This document shows positions 1 through 13,524 of a stretch of DNA of 64,000 bases, in pieces. Source of the DNA: Takakia lepidozioides (Eukaryota > Plantae > Bryophyta); NCBI GenBank assembly GCA_030704615.1, contig CM060731.1, positions 81,034,001 through 81,098,000 of the forward strand. The letters run 5' to 3'. The stretch's first letter is position 1; every line of letters starts with the position of its first letter. Below the pieces are notes generated by a model. That model was not told the origin of the DNA. It searched no databases and saw nothing but the letters and a program-made list of their open reading frames with translations. The position numbers and the translations under genes were made by a program.

Positions 1-1461
1 TAAGGCTGAAGAGACCATGCCTAAATGAGTCAGACTGGCAGATCTTCTCAGTCACTTCACACATAGTTTCTTAATCTGAATACTGGCCGGTGTCTAGGGG
101 CCTCGAGAAATTATGGGAAAATGCCCGCAGCTAGTTGTTGCATCAGGTATATGCTCGGAGGTGTGAGGATGGATCAAAACCCTAAACACGACTCAATGTG
201 CAGGATGGACATGACTGTTGATGGAGAGGGATAACGCAATCTTGGACATACAATGAAAGGCAATCAAAGAGATCTGCAGGAAGGCAACCAGCCAAGCAGC
301 TGGAGGCAATCCCCATAGGGACTAGGAGGTGGAGGCTCATAATTTCAATAAGAAAAGTACCCACAGCAGCGTGTTTACGTGCTGCTTATGGGGCCCACAC
401 CCAACTGGTACAGTCATATGAGCACAGGACAAGCCAGTTTTCTAACCAATCAAGCTTCATAGCCAGCAGAATTGTGGCATACCAAATGCCTTGTAAATCT
501 GTGGCGAAATCAGGATTGCCAAGCCCCATGCCAACTACAACTTGTGCAATACTGGTTATGTAGGCCAGGGCCCATCTCGATCTTGTATCAATTCTCCAGC
601 TTCACATGTCCCTGGCATTGGACAGCTGCCATGCCAAAGTACAACCCCTGCCTTCTTCTTGCAGTAGTTTTGACTCATTGGCATGTGACTTAAGATTGAG
701 GCCAGGTTGAGACATCAATGATCCACTGTAAACCTCTACATTGGGGTTTTACTTGTGAAATGCTGCGGGAATATGAACAGCAGGACTGCTATTGCAAGGT
801 CCTTCTAATCTATGGATGGATCCACTGTAAACCTCGACATTGGGGTTCCCTATCAATGAAGGTGAGGTATTTGGTTGCTGGCACCTTGAAGGTAGAGAGG
901 GTCCTGTGTGTTTTTGGATCATCATGGAGAAATTCAACAGTTCATACAGGTGTTGAAGGGGTCATCAGCCACTTTGTAAATTGAGTAGTGCAAGCTGCTG
1001 CAGCTGTCTACTGAAGTGTGATGTACTCTTCCTGATGCTCCCCTTTGTTAGTGAACGCCAGAGAAAAGGATGGACTGTAAAAAATATGAGAAAGTGAACA
1101 AGGCTTTGCTGAGTGTAGAACAACTACTCTCCATGCATAGCCGAGGAGAGTGATATGGTGTTGCACCATTTGCCTTCCAATCAATTGTTGAAGTGAAGTT
1201 GCTGGTAGGACTTGCGTTTTTGATAAGGCAAAGTATCTCAAGAGTTCCAGGTTAGGAATGTCCTTGGAAGATACCAAGCCTACAATTGAGCTGTGACAGG
1301 GTTGTGACCTGCTTGGTGTCTGCAAAATGGTGTGGCATCTGCATGCATGTTTACAGTTTTGGGCCGGATCCACAGAGGTTGGAGGGGGCACATGTGCAAA
1401 AGCTTCGGATCAACGATTTTACAATGCCATGAGATCCATGGAAATGTGAAAAACCAGTCTG

Positions 1462-1760
1462 TTGACATGGCTGCAAACTCTCACTCAGGAACTTGGCTTC
1501 CTCATTGGTAAGGCAGCCCAGCTTTGGTGTAATAGTTATAGTGCTATCACAATGGCAAACAATAATCCAATGTTTCACACCGGTACTAAGCACATAGTGG
1601 CGCATTACCATTTCATCGAAGAAAAAATATTGAAAGGAGAAGTAGACTTAGATCACCGTGTTGCATCAAAAGTCAAGTTGCTCATATATTCATAAAACCC
1701 TTGGTGAAACAAAAGTTTATCCATTTCAGAGATGCTCTGGGACTGGTCAGCATACAACAT
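1462..1760 (+). mobile_element. Ty1/copia retrotransposon RNase H remnant (degenerate)
   Basis: ORF 1462-1695 reads WLQTLTQELG..LWCNSYSAITMANNNPMFHTGTKHIVAHYHFIEEKILKGEVDL. This matches the copia RNase H consensus (CDN.SAI.LA.NPV.H.RTKHI...YHFIREK..G). An AHIFIKPL (ADIFTKPL-like) motif follows after a frameshift. Confidence 0.85.
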
Positions 1761-1849
1761 GTATCAACCAACAAAAGTGTTGTACGAATGCTGAAACTTC
1801 CCAGCTAACTAATGGATTTTCTTCAATCGATCAGGAATAGGATAGGGCA

Positions 1850-2330
1850 GATAAAACGAAGTATCAGTGGAATAATCAATAGAGCATTCCATTGTACTCA
1901 GTAGAATAGTATTCCGAAGTCATAATTCCTGTAGGATAATCCATAGAACTCTCAATCCCATATTCATACCACTCTGAACAGACCTCTATATCTGGATACT
2001 TAACTTAATACTTTAGGACCCTCATTCTCTTCCATGTCAAAAAAATCTTGCAAAACGGTCTTCTCCTGTTTCAATCTGTCAGTAAGAGAGTCGGCGACGT
2101 CCAGACAGTCAACTTCTCCTCATGTAGACTTGATGGTTAATTCTTACCAACTTGAGAGCATGCCATTCAAAAGAGTCAGCTACAAATGCGCGCCATCCCT
2201 TGGTCATTCGCCTCAATCTCCAAATCAATGATAGAGACAACTATTGGCCAATATATAGTCACGAACAATACGATCAAAGATCCTGGGCAATGACTCTCCC
2301 CTTACAACTGGAAGCATAGTCTACGAAGTG
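1850..2330 (-). pseudogene. Possible decayed Ulp1/C48-peptidase-like fragment (often MULE-associated)
   Basis: Frame-broken minus-strand peptides LDVADSL and RNYDFGI...LLSTMEC resemble the YDSL and N.YDCG.F...ME motifs. Heavily interrupted, so weak. Confidence 0.25.
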
Positions 2331-4949
2331 GAGGGAGTATCCAAATCCGGAGCTGCATCACTGACGGAAAAGAGCACATGGCTCAGGAAAGTTGTTGCTG
2401 CATCAATAATTCTCATGAGAAAAATGAAAATCAACCACAAGGATAGGAGGAATGTCTGCCATGCAACCAAGCTTTCGGCAACCTAGAAAAGGGATCAACG
2501 GAACACCAGGGTGACAATTGTGTGGAGCAGCTAGAGTTTCGGATGTTGAGAAACTGGCCTTGAAGGATCAACTTCTGGTCTTTCACTCAAGGGCAAAGTC
2601 TATTCATGGACCAGAACGAACAGTCATTCCTACACGGGCCATAGCTTGCAAGATGCTCAAGTCAGGCTCAAGTAAATTACCAAGGAGAAATGCTCTGGGT
2701 GTGATGCTAGGGCCACACTGGACACATACATCCGTCGAACGCAGCTCCCATATTGCGGGGCCTCGGCGCGCAGCAGTGTCAGAGCGCGTCCTAAGACTGC
2801 CGCCATATGAAATCTTGACACCTGTCCAAGGTGAACTCTTTCCAACCTTAGTAAATTATGCACAGAACACATACAATAATTTTTCGACAAACCCACCCAC
2901 ACTGATGTGACATGTGACGTGAGATAGGTGGGAAGGGAGGAGGAGGGCGACAACAACGAAGATAGTGAAGACGGTAAGTATGATTTTGTGTTTTAAAATT
3001 CAACTACGCTGAAACCTGGTGTGTGCCTCTCGAGTGGATAACCTACCGTGATGCATTGCAGAGTAATCATGCAAGATAGAAGATGAAAGCGTGAAAAGAT
3101 GTGGGCCGTTGGATGGGCCACGATGTCGACCACCCATTTAAAGCCATGTAGGATGCAAATCAGCTTGAAGAACCAAGAAGAAAAGGGGGATTAAATACTA
3201 ACTAAGCAGAGGGAGAGTAATTAAAAGTCAAGGCAACCGAGGAAAGGAGGTATTCTAAGTGAAATAAACAGCCACATAGTAATAATGTCTTGTCCTACGG
3301 TATATGACATCCCACAAGGCTTTTGATAAGGAATCTCACACTGGACGCAGGGCACGTTGGGCGGACGTGCGTCACGACACCCGCAATGCAGCTGGACGGA
3401 CGCAACCACATAGGCCACCGTCTGAGTGTTACAATAAACAAATTCTATAGTAAGGAAGCAGATAGTGAGGGAAGTAGCTAAAACAGGCATAATCTTATTT
3501 GTGAGCTTCCAGAGGAAGGCTGAAACTTTGGAAGATCTATTTTTCCTCCTAATATCATTTCAGATTAGTTTCCATCACTTTGGTGAGTCTTATGGCCAAG
3601 TGTGCCCATTTCTATGTCCATTTAGCATTCATCATTTTTTTTGCCAAAGCAGAGAGTACCCCAATTTGACTCTATAAGCAAAGAAGGAGGATGGTCCTTG
3701 CACATCCAAAACCATTAGTCGGAAATTACAGGTCCTTCAAAGGAGCAGATAAGAATCAGCACATCTCTGGGTAATGTAACTGCTAAAATACCCTTTGAGA
3801 AACACCTCCCAAAAGGAAGCGTAAATTATGGTGCCACTTCATCCAATGTTCTTAAAAGAGTATATACCCCAAATTCCAAATTCGAGCTTGGGCAATCATT
3901 ATTACTCCATACCAGGTGCATGACTATGGGCTTTACATAATTCCATAAGGTTCCATAAAGTTCCTTTTTTTGGGCCAACTAAAAAGGGAATGGCAAGGTC
4001 CTAAAAGTATTAAAAAATCCGTTTATATAAAGAATAGAAAACAAGTGTGAAATGTCAACTGAGATGTTTTTGTAGGGTGCTTTTAAAAAAAAAAATTACT
4101 AAATTTTAAATGGGTATCTAGAGAGACACCCCTTGCATAATTGGAAGATAGGTAATCGTGGATTACTTCATTTTAGTAATCCACTGACCATCTGCAACGA
4201 GTGTAAAAAATAAGAGAGTTTGTTTATTAAGTGCGTTCAAAAAATGTTTTTATTTGGACAACGGGCAAAACAAGCTTGGCTACGCCATTGTTATCATTCT
4301 ATGGGTCCTGATGGAAGCTGATGGCGTATGCAATCAAGATTTTGCTTGGCAAAAGCTCATGAGGCTAATTAGATGATGAGAGAGAACAAGGAATATGAAT
4401 TACCCACATACTTGGAGAAGGGTTTAGGGTTTAGGGTTTTCACTTCACCTTGAAGAGCTATTAATCTGCCATTTGGAGTGTGGACATAATATGCCTATTC
4501 CAAATGTCATTACTTGGGTTTTGGTCCTTAGAGTCTAACTTAGTGTCATTCATACTATATGGCATGTAAGGTTACATTGCATGACCCTCCATTTTTAGGA
4601 TAACTTAAAGACAAATTAACTCCTAATATTGAATTAACTTTACGCTGCTGGAAAACAATACATGGCATGATGTGAGTAGGAGGGACGCGGATTATCTTAG
4701 CTGTGGCCTGCACTTTTTCATGTACATTAGTTTTACCATTTTTAGGTTTATCTTCATTTTTCATCTGGGGTTTCTTCTCCATAGCGCATTGACATCAGTC
4801 ACCAACCACCTTTTTCACTCTTTTGCAGATGTTTTGCTTAGTTACTTCAAAGGTGAAGATGTTGTAGCAGCATAAGATTTCAGGGACACTGGTTGGACAC
4901 TCGAGATTGCACGCTGGCGGCTCGAGGACACCAACGCAGTCTCCTAAAT

Positions 4950-5548
4950 CAGAGCTTAACAACAATAGACCGTTCACATTGACTCTACATTGATGGAAAC
5001 TCTATATTGGTGGAAACTGACGTGACTGGCAGATTCATGCATGGTAGCCAACATACTATTTTGAAAATTAACCCCCATCCAAAAGAGGAGGCCATTGCAT
5101 AGAGCTCTTCCCCAATGCCCAAGTCCGCAGCAGCTCCAGCATAATGACCAACGACACTACCTCTTCATCATCCATCTTGAAGCCTGCTGTAATAAAACAG
5201 AGCACTCCCCACTCATTTGACCTACCTTCCCAATCGCGAAAAAGAAATACAATGTGCAAATAAAAGAGAATGCAAACATGACGCCAAAGCAGAGAAGAAA
5301 AGATGGGTGGCTAAGGTAAGAAGAAGGAAAAGAACTTATCAGGGAGATTTTAGTAGCTTTTCCATGTGGCATGTAATTTTTTGACAAGGTAAGATAAGCT
5401 AATGTACTATTCACAACACATGTTACGTCACTTGATGGTAGCATATTATCTTACATGTAACTTTAAAATATGTTCACACTTTACACCCAGTACAAAGTTA
5501 AATTTCAATTGCAATATATATATAAGACTGCTCATTGTTTGTATGTTG
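4950..5548 (-). mobile_element. Degenerate dispersed repeat (Harbinger-like relic), copy A; interrupted by a TTAA element at 5553
   Basis: 4950-5390 aligns by eye with 36340-36760. Both encode a minus-strand TAGFKMDDEE(V/L)V(S/L)LV..LELL..WAL peptide. The superfamily assignment is an inference. Confidence 0.55.
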
Positions 5549-5552
5549 TTAA

Positions 5553-6375
5553 CCCTTAAGTTCCCGAGCCCTTTTTTGACTTTTTACCAATTTTGGGTAC
5601 CCAGCTGCAGTAAATTGCCCCTAGAAATCTACCAAAAATCATCCACAGATTCCAGCCTTATAGCAATGGGCCCAGCTCATTTATGCATAACATACCAAAA
5701 AATGAGCCAAGTTCACCGTGGAAATTGTGAGATTATAGCGTTGGCCCGGACCTCAAATATCAGGTCCCAAAGAAAAAGTGAGAAAGAAATAGGTTTGACC
5801 AAATCAAAACCTAGCTTTCTCCAATTTTGCTTGCCCCAAGACCCACCATTTTCAAATCAATAGTGGAGTGGCTATGACCCCACTAAATTGCAGGTCCAAC
5901 TGATTTTTTCACCTATGCTTGCTATGCATGCAATTACATGGGGGTTGAAATCTCAAAATTGACAACAGAAAATGTGCCTCCAAATGAAGTACTTTTTTTT
6001 CTACAAATTTTTTAAAAGCCAATGGTGGACGTGTGTATGTAATGCTCACACACCACAAGGTGAAGTGTTCTTTCCAAAATTGCTAATTTTCTGCCAAAAA
6101 TGGCCTTTGGAGTGCAATCTGTTTTGGGCTTGTTTACCTGCCACGTTAGCGGTTAACAGCCCTTTTCAAGCCCCAAAACGTAAAATTAAAGATCTAAGAT
6201 ATTTTTTGTAAGTCGTAGCTTTTGTTTTTTTTTTAAATTTTTTTTTACAACATATTAAGACAAATTCCTTGTCATTAAAGTTTCAGGAGTGGGCCCCATC
6301 AGATTAGATCTGCAAAAATTAGGTGGAACTGTAAATTCAAAGTGATCCGGTTCAGGTCGCTTGGGAACTTAAGGG
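5553..6375. mobile_element. piggyBac-like non-autonomous DNA transposon, copy 1 (823 bp)
   Basis: TTAA at 5549-5552 and 6376-6379. 17-bp TIRs CCCTTAAGTTCCCGAGC / GCTTGGGAACTTAAGGG (1 mismatch). A highly similar second copy lies at 60751-61833. Confidence 0.85.
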
Positions 6376-7021
6376 TTAAGTTAACTAGGAATACTTACAA
6401 AAAAAAAAAAAAAGATGTACTCGGACTCTGCAAAATTTCATGGAGTAGCTGCTCAATAGTTATTTCTGGCATTTTAAGGGAATATATACCCCAAATTATG
6501 GGTGCCGAGGATAGCCATCCAATCATAGCACTCCATCCCAAGTGCACAACTTGAACGTTTCTCCAACCGTCTAGCAAGCTCGATGGCCTCCACAGGTTCC
6601 TGTGCGCTACACTTCCATAACCGTGCATAACCGACAACTAACCGCCGGGTATATCTGTCTGGTTGCCATACCCTGCCAACACTGGTTTGTACTCATATGG
6701 TCACAAGGTCCTCAAATTTAAAATAGAATGAAAAAAAAGTTTTTGCATTTCAGACATGAGAAGAACCAAGAGCACAAAATTGACTGTTTGCGCCACAGTA
6801 TAGCAACTCATTGGAGTGTTCACTCAAGAACATGAGAAACAGGATATATTCTCACAACAGAGTACACAACAACTGACTACACAATGTTTACTCAAAAACA
6901 TGTGGCCAGCAAAAAATAACTCCCAGATCTGCAAATAATGCACAGAGGAAAAACAGGTATAATCCTCTCACTGTTTCTGAACTAAGGTCAACCACTTCGG
7001 AGGTACTTTGGTGCGATTCTC

Positions 7022-10000
7022 TCATTTCTCAGACACCAGAGCCAAGGTATGCCACCAGCCACATGCAATACTGCTCACTCGTGCACCTTTGTCCATGGTC
7101 ACTTGTACAGGCAAATCTTTGTCGGTGGTATCGCCTAAACCAAGCTGCAGACATAGGACTGTTTATCAGACACTAGGCCTATGTATCAGGTGAATGATGT
7201 AATGCAAGACTGTTTGAAACTGCATCCACTCTGTAACAAAGGATTATATTCCTCTCATCAAAAAAGATTTGTTTAGGACATTACCTGCCCATACTTATTC
7301 CAACCCCAACCGAACACCTTTCCGGACTCTGTCCAACCCCCAACATCAATGAAGAAAAAAACATCTTAGTCTGTGTAAAATTCAACCACACCTCATTTCA
7401 AGAACAGTCATATAAACACAACAGCATGATCTGAGCTGAAGTTTATGGCTAACCTGTAAGGATAGTACTGTGGCGAGCACCACATGCAACAGATATTGCT
7501 GTCTCATCCTCCAGGACTGGTGCTTCCACTAGCCTCGGAAGTATCTGCACAATGTATCCAATGCGCACATTTATAGATAAATTAGGAAAACTTTTACTGA
7601 AAGTAGCTGCACACACCACTGCATCTTCAGTGGCACCCAAAGCTCTAGCTACACGAAATGCTATTTCAGAGGGCCTGTTGTCGGGAATTCCACTGCAATA
7701 CCCGTAAGTTCCGCTATGTCAAGATGTCAACTTGAACTGAAGAGCAGTAGCAAGGAGGACCCCAAGAAGAGAACAGATAACAGAGCATGATCAATACTGC
7801 TATTCTGACCCATAGTGGCAAATCCTTGAAGTGCCTCCACTACAAACCTCAATTGAAAGAGAGATTGGCCTCTGCTCCAATCCCATGAAGGTGCTATCCT
7901 TTTAGCTAGAGAATTCACTCTGATTGGGAGTGGAGTTCTATCTCTACATCCAGAGCTACAGATGTACAGGGAAGCTGTACCACTTTCCCCATCCGGAAAC
8001 TCATCACTGTGGATCATAGATGATATTCCCTCCACATGCAAGGACAAAGTTGACGCCGCTCGTGCTGCCAACAAATTTTAGGCACAGTTGAGTCCGAACA
8101 TAAGTGTGACAGTTGTCTTATCATACGAAGCACACAATGGGATTAGCTAGACCGCATGACATCGATGTATCTCCAAATGGGTAACAAATAGATATGAGGA
8201 ACTCCAACCTCTGCATGATCCCCTCCGACGCCCAGTTGGCCAAACTGGTTGCCCCCACATGCATAAACGTCTCCACAGTCTGTTATACAAAGAGTATGCC
8301 ATAGACCTGCAGCGACTCCTGTGACGTTTAGCCCTCCTAATGTTGCCACATGGCAAGGACTCAGCACATCTTCGGTACTGCCTTGCCCACTCTGTCATGC
8401 ACAGACACATCATTTCTTTAAGGTCCTCTTAATTTTGCAATATAGCTCCTGGAACAGCACCAATTTTTGCAGTATTTTGATACAGCCAGTTTGGCTCCAG
8501 ACACAACCCTTGAGACTGAAATATCATACAGCATAGCTAGAAATTGCAGGGTATTCTTTGACAATTTGTGGGCAAATCTCCTTATGCATGATGTCTTCAC
8601 TATCATACATTGAAAACTAAAACAGCAAATTATACCCTAGATTTGTTCAGCCTACATATACACGTTCATCCACAGACACATTGGAGTAGTTAAGAGAGCA
8701 TTGACTCCATGCTGGGAAGGGAGGACCAACTTATCTCACCTGTCCATAAAGGCCCCAACCAAAAGTCAGCAGTGCTCCAGCATCTGCACTCATTTGTTGC
8801 AAAGATTACTTTCAGACAACAGTGCAGGTCCACAATTATGCACAAATAATACAGACCACTATTTCATACAAACCAGGAAGCAACAAACATCGAATGGGCT
8901 TTAACACTCTGAAAAGAGAGGCTATGAGACAATCATAAAGCTTCTCTGTGACATCGCCATCGGGAACTCTGTTCGAAGGATAAAAGTACTGTCTCTCACA
9001 TGAAAATGCCAATCCCTTCCAAGAATATTCTCAGTGCTTGCACCGAACGGAGTATTGCAACATCTTCCACTAGTATTATAATGATAATGCTAATGGTGTC
9101 CACCCAGCCACTGCATGATGTTTGTGTAAAATCTATATGTGGAAGATATAGATAGTGTCACTTGACAACTGTTAGCAATTTGGTCTTTAGCCCCGTGTAA
9201 GGAGAATTTGCAATTTACGTACTCAGGCCCAGGGTATCGCATCAGCTCTTTTGCCAGAAGGATAACACCGCGCTGGGCAGCCACGGCCTTTCGAACTGAA
9301 CAAATAGTATCAACCAACGAAACCTTAGCGCGTAGGTAATATTCAGGTCATATCTACTTCAGACACTGAATGGACAGAAAGGGGAAAAGGTCATTGGGGT
9401 GGGACAGGGTAGGGGTTGTTATGCAGAGTAGATTGACTCTACACTGCAAACAATAAATTTGACGGGCCACCTCTCTCAGACATAGTGTTTGTACTATACT
9501 CTAACAAAGATTGTAGTTCAACATAAAGAGACAGAAATTTTGAGGTATGGGAGACACACCTGCACTACAGTACTGAAAGGAAGGAAGGGGAAGAAGTGGG
9601 GGAAGAAGGGACTAGCCGTGAAACTGAGGACAACAAAGAGTGTACCTGTAATAACAACACTATGACGGCCTCCACACGCAATTGCTTTTACAAAACTGCC
9701 AGAAACCTTAACAGCTAAACCTCCCGAAGTTGGTTTTCTGTTTGCTCCAATATCATGGCCAGGCAAATGTATCAATTGGGGTGTTGATACAATGCGCGTC
9801 CGAGAGCCCAACCCTAGTTGCCCTTCACCTCCATATCCCCATCCCCAAACACTGCCACCATCTACAACCAGGAAATTGTCAAGTATAGTGACAAACTGTT
9901 GCATGATTTCCCCTAAGTGTCCAGTGGACCGAGTTTCGTATTTATGACTCCTATAGTCCCACTCATTCTCATCCCTTCAAAATTTTGTCCAGTTTTGTTT

Positions 10001-12910
10001 GTTGTTGGCAATCTAATTTCATCTGCAAGCCCCCAATATGTGCAGTCATATAACAGAATCATTCCGCCCACCATAGCAACTTGCAATATAAAGTATTGAC
10101 TTGCATGAAAACTTCTGTGCACAAATTACAAAGGATTGCAAGCTTTTTGGTTTGATGGAAACCTTTTCACTTGATAACAAAGACAGGATTGCTAAGAGTA
10201 TGTTAGTCTTGATACCTGAAAGCGCAAGCGTGTGCCGTCCACCTGCAGCCACAGAAATGATTGTCACCCCTGGATCCAAGCACACCATGCTCGGTGGTGC
10301 CATCACATTTTCATCACCGGTACTCAAGGTTTCTGGTGACCCTACCTCCTCAGTGTTTGCTAACCTCCGCTTCTTGGGGCCCTCTTGCCCACCTTTCTCG
10401 CAGGTTTTACCACTTCCACTTCGACCTGAACGACCAGATTGTTTGCTATGTGCTAAGGGGTTCCCAGCTGGTCGCAATGGTGAAGCAAATGAATTTGTCT
10501 TACCAGAACCCATGTTACATTTCCGGGGTGAAATTTGCAAGTAAGTATTTGGAGTACAGTCTGAGACATCATCTTCCTGCCCATGAGCTGCCTCAGTATT
10601 ACAGCAATTTTCAGTTACCCCTGCATCTTTATTAGTCTTGCTGTTTGGGACGCACTCACTCCAACCCCAAGTGAAAACACTGCCCTTGCCTGCACAGCAC
10701 ATGGAAAACAGGTTACAGACCGAGATACATGCAAGGGGGACGCACTCACTCCAACCCCTAGTTTAAACACTGCCCTTGCCTGCACAGCACATGGAAAACG
10801 TGTTACAGACCGAGATACATGCAAGGGGAAAAAACAAGAGACAATAATAGAGAAATTTTCCCTGACACAATTGAGGGAGAGAGTCACTGGAACTTGTAGT
10901 TGAAAAGAACTATCAGTATCAACCCACCTGTCACTGCTACACAATGTGCCCATCCTGCTGCTGCTTGGATGATAGGGTCATCTGTTTGCAAAGGATATGG
11001 CTCCGGGCATTCCTGGCCAGAGATAGGGACCATAAAGTGAATATCCATATCTGAAGCATATGTCAAGTTGTCTAACATAACGAAAGCAAATGAGCTGAAG
11101 TATGTTGTCTTCTTACATACCTCTTATGGAATACATCCATATAAACCAGATGTAATAACTTTGGATGAGCCAGCGGCTGAGTAACTATCACGGAACAGAG
11201 TCATAAATCACTAGATTTTACACATGCTTGAGAAAGTGAAATGTGCATCTTAGCATACTTTTAGCAGGCTAACATAACAAAAGGAAATGTTGCTCAATTA
11301 TGTGTTCCTGCTGACATCAATAGAATCTCCAAAGCAGATGAAAAGACTTTTGATTAGCCATTCACTGAGTAACAATCATGGAACAGAGCCATGACACACT
11401 ACATTTTCAACATGTGCACAAGGAGGGACCAGAAATGTGCATCAAAGCTGTTTCAGCAATCACAACATCCATTACACAGATGGTCATGCACTGTTCCATC
11501 AATCTTGTTTGATATTTTTACTATTCAAACAGCAGTCTCGGCTCCCCTTGAAATATGTCATTTACTTGTCTAAGATCTGAAATAATTCAACAAGTTTTAA
11601 GTTAGTTAAACCTGAAGTTGGGTGCAAGTGGCGGATGCACATAAGCTTGCCAGGATAGTAGGAGAATAAAGAAGAAATATGCTGACCTGCTGCTTGCCTG
11701 AAATAAGATAGCACTGCCCAAGGTCGGTGGTTGACCCCCAAGTGTTCAGTTTGCCTGCGTCTGCGCATGTCGAAGTTTGGGAAAGTTCCACACTGCGGTT
11801 TAGCGATTGAGCCATCCTCCACTGTGATGGAAGGACTTAAGGACATCCAACTGCTTAACAGGCAGCTAGCTAGTAATATAAGAGCTGTCATTGAATTTAT
11901 TTTCATGTTCTTCTTTTGTAACCTGCCTTTTTCACGATCTCATTTGCCCGATGGAGATTTTAGCACACAGCGCATGCTATACTTCAGATGCGTCTTAAAT
12001 AACAGAGGATGTTCCATAAGTAAACAGCAGAAGTGAGACGCCTCACTTCAACTTTTGACAGGTTACATCCCACATATTAACATGACTATTACTTCAATGC
12101 TCAGGGCTCAGCGGAGTTGGTTGATTGCCCCATCCCGCGGTTAAAATCCTAGTCTACCGCGTGACGCAACCGTATGTGCAACAGAATATCGTTCCAAGTA
12201 TCCAATGACCTAATGAACCAATCCCAGTGCCATCTGCTGAACCGCACAATCACTTGCGTGCATTATTTTTCTAACAAACTAAAACTAGTCCAAGGCCAGC
12301 CAAGCCATCCCTGAGTTTCTGGCCTCACATTGATGAGATGCTTCTCAAATGTACGGCGCAAGATTTATGAGAGTGGCACGCTATTTGTGGTGTGAGAGTA
12401 AATTTCTGGACATTGTCCAATTTCGAATGATCGCATCTTTCAAATGAAAGTATCTGGCGGGCCCTTCGACTGCCAGCGAGAACATTTCAAGACTGCTAGG
12501 AGATGCGACAGTTTCGGGGCGACCAAGAGCCTCGATCCAAGTCTTCGCATGCCTTCCAATTTACAGCTCCCCTGTTTCGATTTCCTTTGATGCGCTTTCC
12601 TTCGACTATTTCTCTCACTAACAATCAAAACTTAAACGCATTCAGCTCACGACGTTTATATCTCTACTGACACCTATAAAAATAGTATCGCGACCGAGGA
12701 AAAATAGATCTACGCACCAGAAATTGCTAACGCAAAGCCACATCCGCCATTGCAAACAGATTCCAACGGCGCATCTAGCAACGGCGCTGGCACTGGCGTA
12801 GGCCGAAGCAGCGGTGCTCGCTGCGAGGAGGCAGCAGGCAGGTAACCCCACATGCGCACACTGTATCTCTCGCCATCGGATCCCGCATTACGAAGTCCTC
12901 CATGTCTCAT
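7022..12910 (-). CDS. RCC1/UVR8-family beta-propeller protein (resembles Arabidopsis TCF1-type RCC1 proteins), 10 exons, about 508 aa
   Basis: Exons 12910-12718, 11760-11687, 11012-10928, 10689-10216, 9861-9646, 8783-8740, 8391-8209, 7544-7454, 7328-7285, 7144-7022. All junctions are GT-AG and phase-consistent (1527 nt). RCC1 repeats: AAGWAHC, AAGGRHTLAL, WGWGYGGEGQLGLG, ACGGRHS, FGWGLYGQ, AAGLWHT, GGNQFGQLG, WGWNKYGQLGLG, ACGWWHT. NLS-like PKKRRL. Confidence 0.93.
10648..10828 (-). repeat. 90-bp tandem duplication spanning the intron 3 acceptor and start of RCC1 exon 4
   Basis: Two near-identical units with acceptors tgtgcag|GCAAGG at 10779 and 10689. Confidence 0.95.
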
Positions 12911-13524
12911 CGCCGCTCCTCCAATGTCGGTAGGCCTTGCAAAAGATTCATGAGGTGGCCGATCAAGAACTCAATCCCTATGACAGAGCCTCACAAGGCC
13001 TGCGGACGGGAAACAGAAAAGCGACTCAAAGAATGAATCGTCTTCCCCCTCTCAGCTTGCAATGCCCGTTCCTCAAATGAACATATGTAGTGAATGAAGA
13101 TCGAGATGAGAGGGAGCCAGCTGATATAAGAACGCCGAGTACTTAGAGGGGGAAAGAAATTAGAATTCTCAAGTCCAAGGTGCCAAGTGTTTGTGACAGC
13201 ACGTGCACGACTACCGATGGCTTCACGCGACATGGCAGGTAAAGACAGATCCAAGATTGAGCCTCATGCAATCAACTGCGGCCATCTGACATATCTCCGT
13301 TGGCTGCATCCCAGCACAGTGCGGAATATCGTGTCGGTCCCTGTCGAGATTCGCGCCCCTCCCCCTCCCTCGACTCTCAGCCTCGCTCTCTTCTTCTCCC
13401 TGTCCCAAAGCACCCGCGCAACCCACGCGTGCCACGCCGCACCCGGCGGGGACCGCCAGGTGCCCGTGGCGCCCACGATCCATTAAGATCCCTGCCCAGT
13501 CGTCACGGATGGATGACTCTAGCA

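Noticed and set aside
4419-4439. Interstitial telomere (TTTAGGG)
   Set aside because: Only about three units, too short to call.
5402-6211. Conserved ORF pairs (5402/60738 and 5972/61167)
   Set aside because: The similarity simply reflects two copies of the same transposon, and the peptides show no protein-like motifs.
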